Part shown: piece by piece, positions 61,997 to 64,000 of the stretch | Layout of the letters: every line of letters starts with the position of its first letter | How positions within the stretch are numbered: the first letter of the stretch is position 1 | Source of the DNA: a virus | Lineage: Duplodnaviria; Caudoviricetes | Virus record (IMG/VR): IMGVR_UViG_3300037418_000840 | Length of the DNA: 64,000 bases | Direction: 5' to 3' (one strand) | Program-made: the position numbers and the translations under genes | The notes under the pieces: model-generated | Databases searched by the model: none | Told to the model about the DNA's origin: nothing | What the model saw: only the letters and a program-made list of their open reading frames with translations

Positions 61997-62989
61997 TCAC
62001 GACAAATGAGATTTCAACTTCACGAACAGGTCATCTACTTGTTTATCTGTGAACCCGAAGTACTTCTTCGCCTTGCGAATGTATCGCGAATAGGCCATTC
62101 CGTCGATCACCGCAGAGTTGTCGTCACGCAAGAATTCAGAGAACCCCTGATCGAAGTGACCGGCGCAGCACAGCAAGAATCGCTGCACGTCTTCACGCAT
62201 ATTCTTGGACAGCTTTACCAACGTCTCTAGGCTATCCCGTGCGTGGGCAAGGTAGCCTTCTGGTGCTTTCACATTCACCAGTTGAGTGTCGTCTGCAACG
62301 CGACGGGACTGATAGTCTCCGTTCTGGTCGACGAACAGACGTTGGCGGCCGGGGCTAGTGTGATAGGTAATCAGTGACTGCCCGGTATTGTGGATAGCAG
62401 ATTTCGCTACGTTCTCCATGTGGAGCAACGACTCGAACCGTGGGTACGTGTGGTGGATGGCCCTCATAGCCGCGTACGTCAGGTCCGACTCAAGCTCAGC
62501 ACGATCTACGCCGAAACTGCGAATCAGGAAGGTCATCTTCTTGCTTATGAACTTCCCGATGTACTGCCCGAGGTTGTCACCATGAACAATACCCTCGATC
62601 AAGCCGTCGTAGTCTTCGAGCGAGAAAGCCTCGAATTTCATCGGCAGATGTTTGAGATTGAGGCGCGACAGAAACTCCTCGTCACGCTTCTTCACGATGA
62701 ACTTACCTCGCACTTCCTTGGTGATACCAAACGCCACCGGATCCGGTTCCGGCCCACGTCCTCGGCGATATTTGTAGAAGGCCCATGCGTAGAGCTTGCA
62801 GTTCTTCAACACATAGCCGTCCGAACGTAGGAATTGGAGAACGCGTTCGCTGACTTCGCGCTCGTCCACTAGACGAATGAACTCCTTTTGGTCAATACGG
62901 TGAAACAAGTAGGCGAACGCCGCACCCCCGACAAACGCCATCTCCGAGTCAGAAAGACCGAACATCTTCTGCAACGATAGTTGTGACAC
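61997..62989 (-). CDS. divergent sigma-factor-like protein
   Basis: Region-2-like DRAELESDLTYAAMRAIHHTYPRF...AKSAIHNTGQSLI; possible region-4-like LSKNMREDVQRFLLCCAG. Confidence 0.5.
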   Translation of the reverse strand: MSQLSLQKMFGLSDSEMAFVGGAAFAYLFHRIDQKEFIRLVDEREVSERVLQFLRSDGYVLKNCKLYAWAFYKYRRGRGPEPDPVAFGITKEVRGKFIVKKRDEEFLSRLNLKHLPMKFEAFSLEDYDGLIEGIVHGDNLGQYIGKFISKKMTFLIRSFGVDRAELESDLTYAAMRAIHHTYPRFESLLHMENVAKSAIHNTGQSLITYHTSPGRQRLFVDQNGDYQSRRVADDTQLVNVKAPEGYLAHARDSLETLVKLSKNMREDVQRFLLCCAGHFDQGFSEFLRDDNSAVIDGMAYSRYIRKAKKYFGFTDKQVDDLFVKLKSHLS

Positions 62990-63034
62990 GGTTCATCCCT
63001 TCTTAGCTTCGTTGTGTCCCTGGCTGGTCGCCGT

Positions 63035-63709
63035 TCACATGTTGAACGACAGGCCATCCGCCTTCTTGCGCTTGGCTTTGCGCTCTTCCTTCGAGTACCA
63101 CGCCGACGGTACACTGTCGATCGTAGGCGGCTCGTAGTCGTCGATGACCGAAGCACGTTTGATCACGCGATTCGACGGATCGAAGACTTTGTTTTCTTGG
63201 CGAAGGCGCTGACGCTTGGTCTTCCACTGCGAAGGCGTCAGCAGGTCCTCGCTTTCTGGAGCGAGGAACGAAACGAACGAAGATCCCCGGGTCTTCGTGT
63301 CAGGAGAACCAGACAACATCAGTTCACCACTGGATGTATAGCCCAAGACATAGGCCGCCAGATAGTTGCTGACATAGTCTTTTCCTACTTTGAAGTACAG
63401 CTTGTCCCCGAATTCGAATTTCCTCTTCTTGGACGAACTGAGCAACGCTCGGAAAATACGTCGCTCTGCGGGCGTGTACGACTTGTAGATCGCCGCGACC
63501 TGAACGAGAAGATCGCTATTCTTTACGATCTTCGTTACGTCAGGAGTGAAACACTTAGGAGCCAAGCCGGTCGCCGTGACGCCCTCTTCACGGCAAGGCC
63601 GCTGCCTTGTCGCATGCGCATGATGCTTGAAGTGAAGGCACTCTCCGCACTTGTATGCGTCCTTCAACGATTTCGCGCTTGCGTTTCCGAGAACTTCTTT
63701 CTTGAGCAT
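63035..63709 (-). CDS. hypothetical protein with Cys/His cluster
   Basis: CGECLHF...C...C..F. Confidence 0.7.
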   Translation of the reverse strand: MLKKEVLGNASAKSLKDAYKCGECLHFKHHAHATRQRPCREEGVTATGLAPKCFTPDVTKIVKNSDLLVQVAAIYKSYTPAERRIFRALLSSSKKRKFEFGDKLYFKVGKDYVSNYLAAYVLGYTSSGELMLSGSPDTKTRGSSFVSFLAPESEDLLTPSQWKTKRQRLRQENKVFDPSNRVIKRASVIDDYEPPTIDSVPSAWYSKEERKAKRKKADGLSFNM

Positions 63710-63819
63710 TTTTGTCTGTGAATCTAGATATGGTCCTCTACATCTGATCCTGAAGGGTGGTCTCCTGGGACAGGATCAGGTCCAGTGTGCGTTCCTACCG
63801 GTATAGGGTACGCACCCCT

Positions 63820-63848
63820 ATTGTACCATGCGCCGGACCGCATGGCAA
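63820..63848 (-). promoter_or_regulatory. sigma70-type promoter
   Basis: TTGCCA-N17-TACAAT with TG extension; no TGTTG dyad upstream. Confidence 0.7.
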
Positions 63849-64000
63849 CTGGACTTAGGGCGTTCGGAACCTGCCCCCATTTCCTGCGGGGCTGTTGCCG
63901 GGGACGCGGCCGGTCAAGTCAAGACCGCTAATGCTCGACGTGTAATCACGTTCGAGTCGCTCGGGTACCTCTCGGGGAGTGAGGATATGCGACAGATGGA

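Noticed and set aside
1-64000. tRNA, rRNA, CRISPR array, integrase or transposase
   Set aside because: No cloverleaf/T-loop signature, regularly spaced repeat array or recombinase noticed by eye; tRNAscan-SE and a CRISPR finder would be needed to exclude them formally

Overview
A 64-kb segment of a large, moderately GC-rich lytic (jumbo-type) dsDNA phage genome. The host is probably a Proteobacterium (inference from the ACP and periplasmic-binding-protein sequences). Essentially all credible genes are on the minus strand; the long plus-strand ORFs are antisense shadows. About 1-21.5 kb looks like a late/virion module: SNF2 helicase, PKD protein, probable neck/head-completion proteins, HNH nuclease, dCMP deaminase and two Nudix-fold paralogs. 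It is dominated by 17 ORFs that share an N-terminal leader, roughly M-K-x-K-L-x-A-A-x-R-L-x-A. This leader is my main candidate for an undescribed system: a capsid-targeting or docking signal for injected cargo proteins. About 21.5-64 kb holds type IB topoisomerase, a MazG/PRA-PH-like pyrophosphatase, a 2OG-Fe(II) oxygenase-like protein, a PC4-like protein, a glycoside hydrolase, a J-domain protein, an RlaP-like nucleotidyltransferase, NAD-dependent DNA ligase, acyl carrier protein, a zincin protease, a metallophosphoesterase, an SBP-LysM membrane module, a sigma-like factor and many small hypotheticals. Three recurring non-coding elements stand out: (i) extended -10 promoters with a TGTTG-N8-CAACA dyad at a fixed distance, (ii) a covarying RNA hairpin over the ribosome-binding site of seven genes, and (iii) an (A/G)GTAAAT(A/G) promoter-like motif that often abuts a hairpin. 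I saw no tRNA, rRNA, CRISPR array or integrase. All calls were made by eye from motifs; no database search was run.
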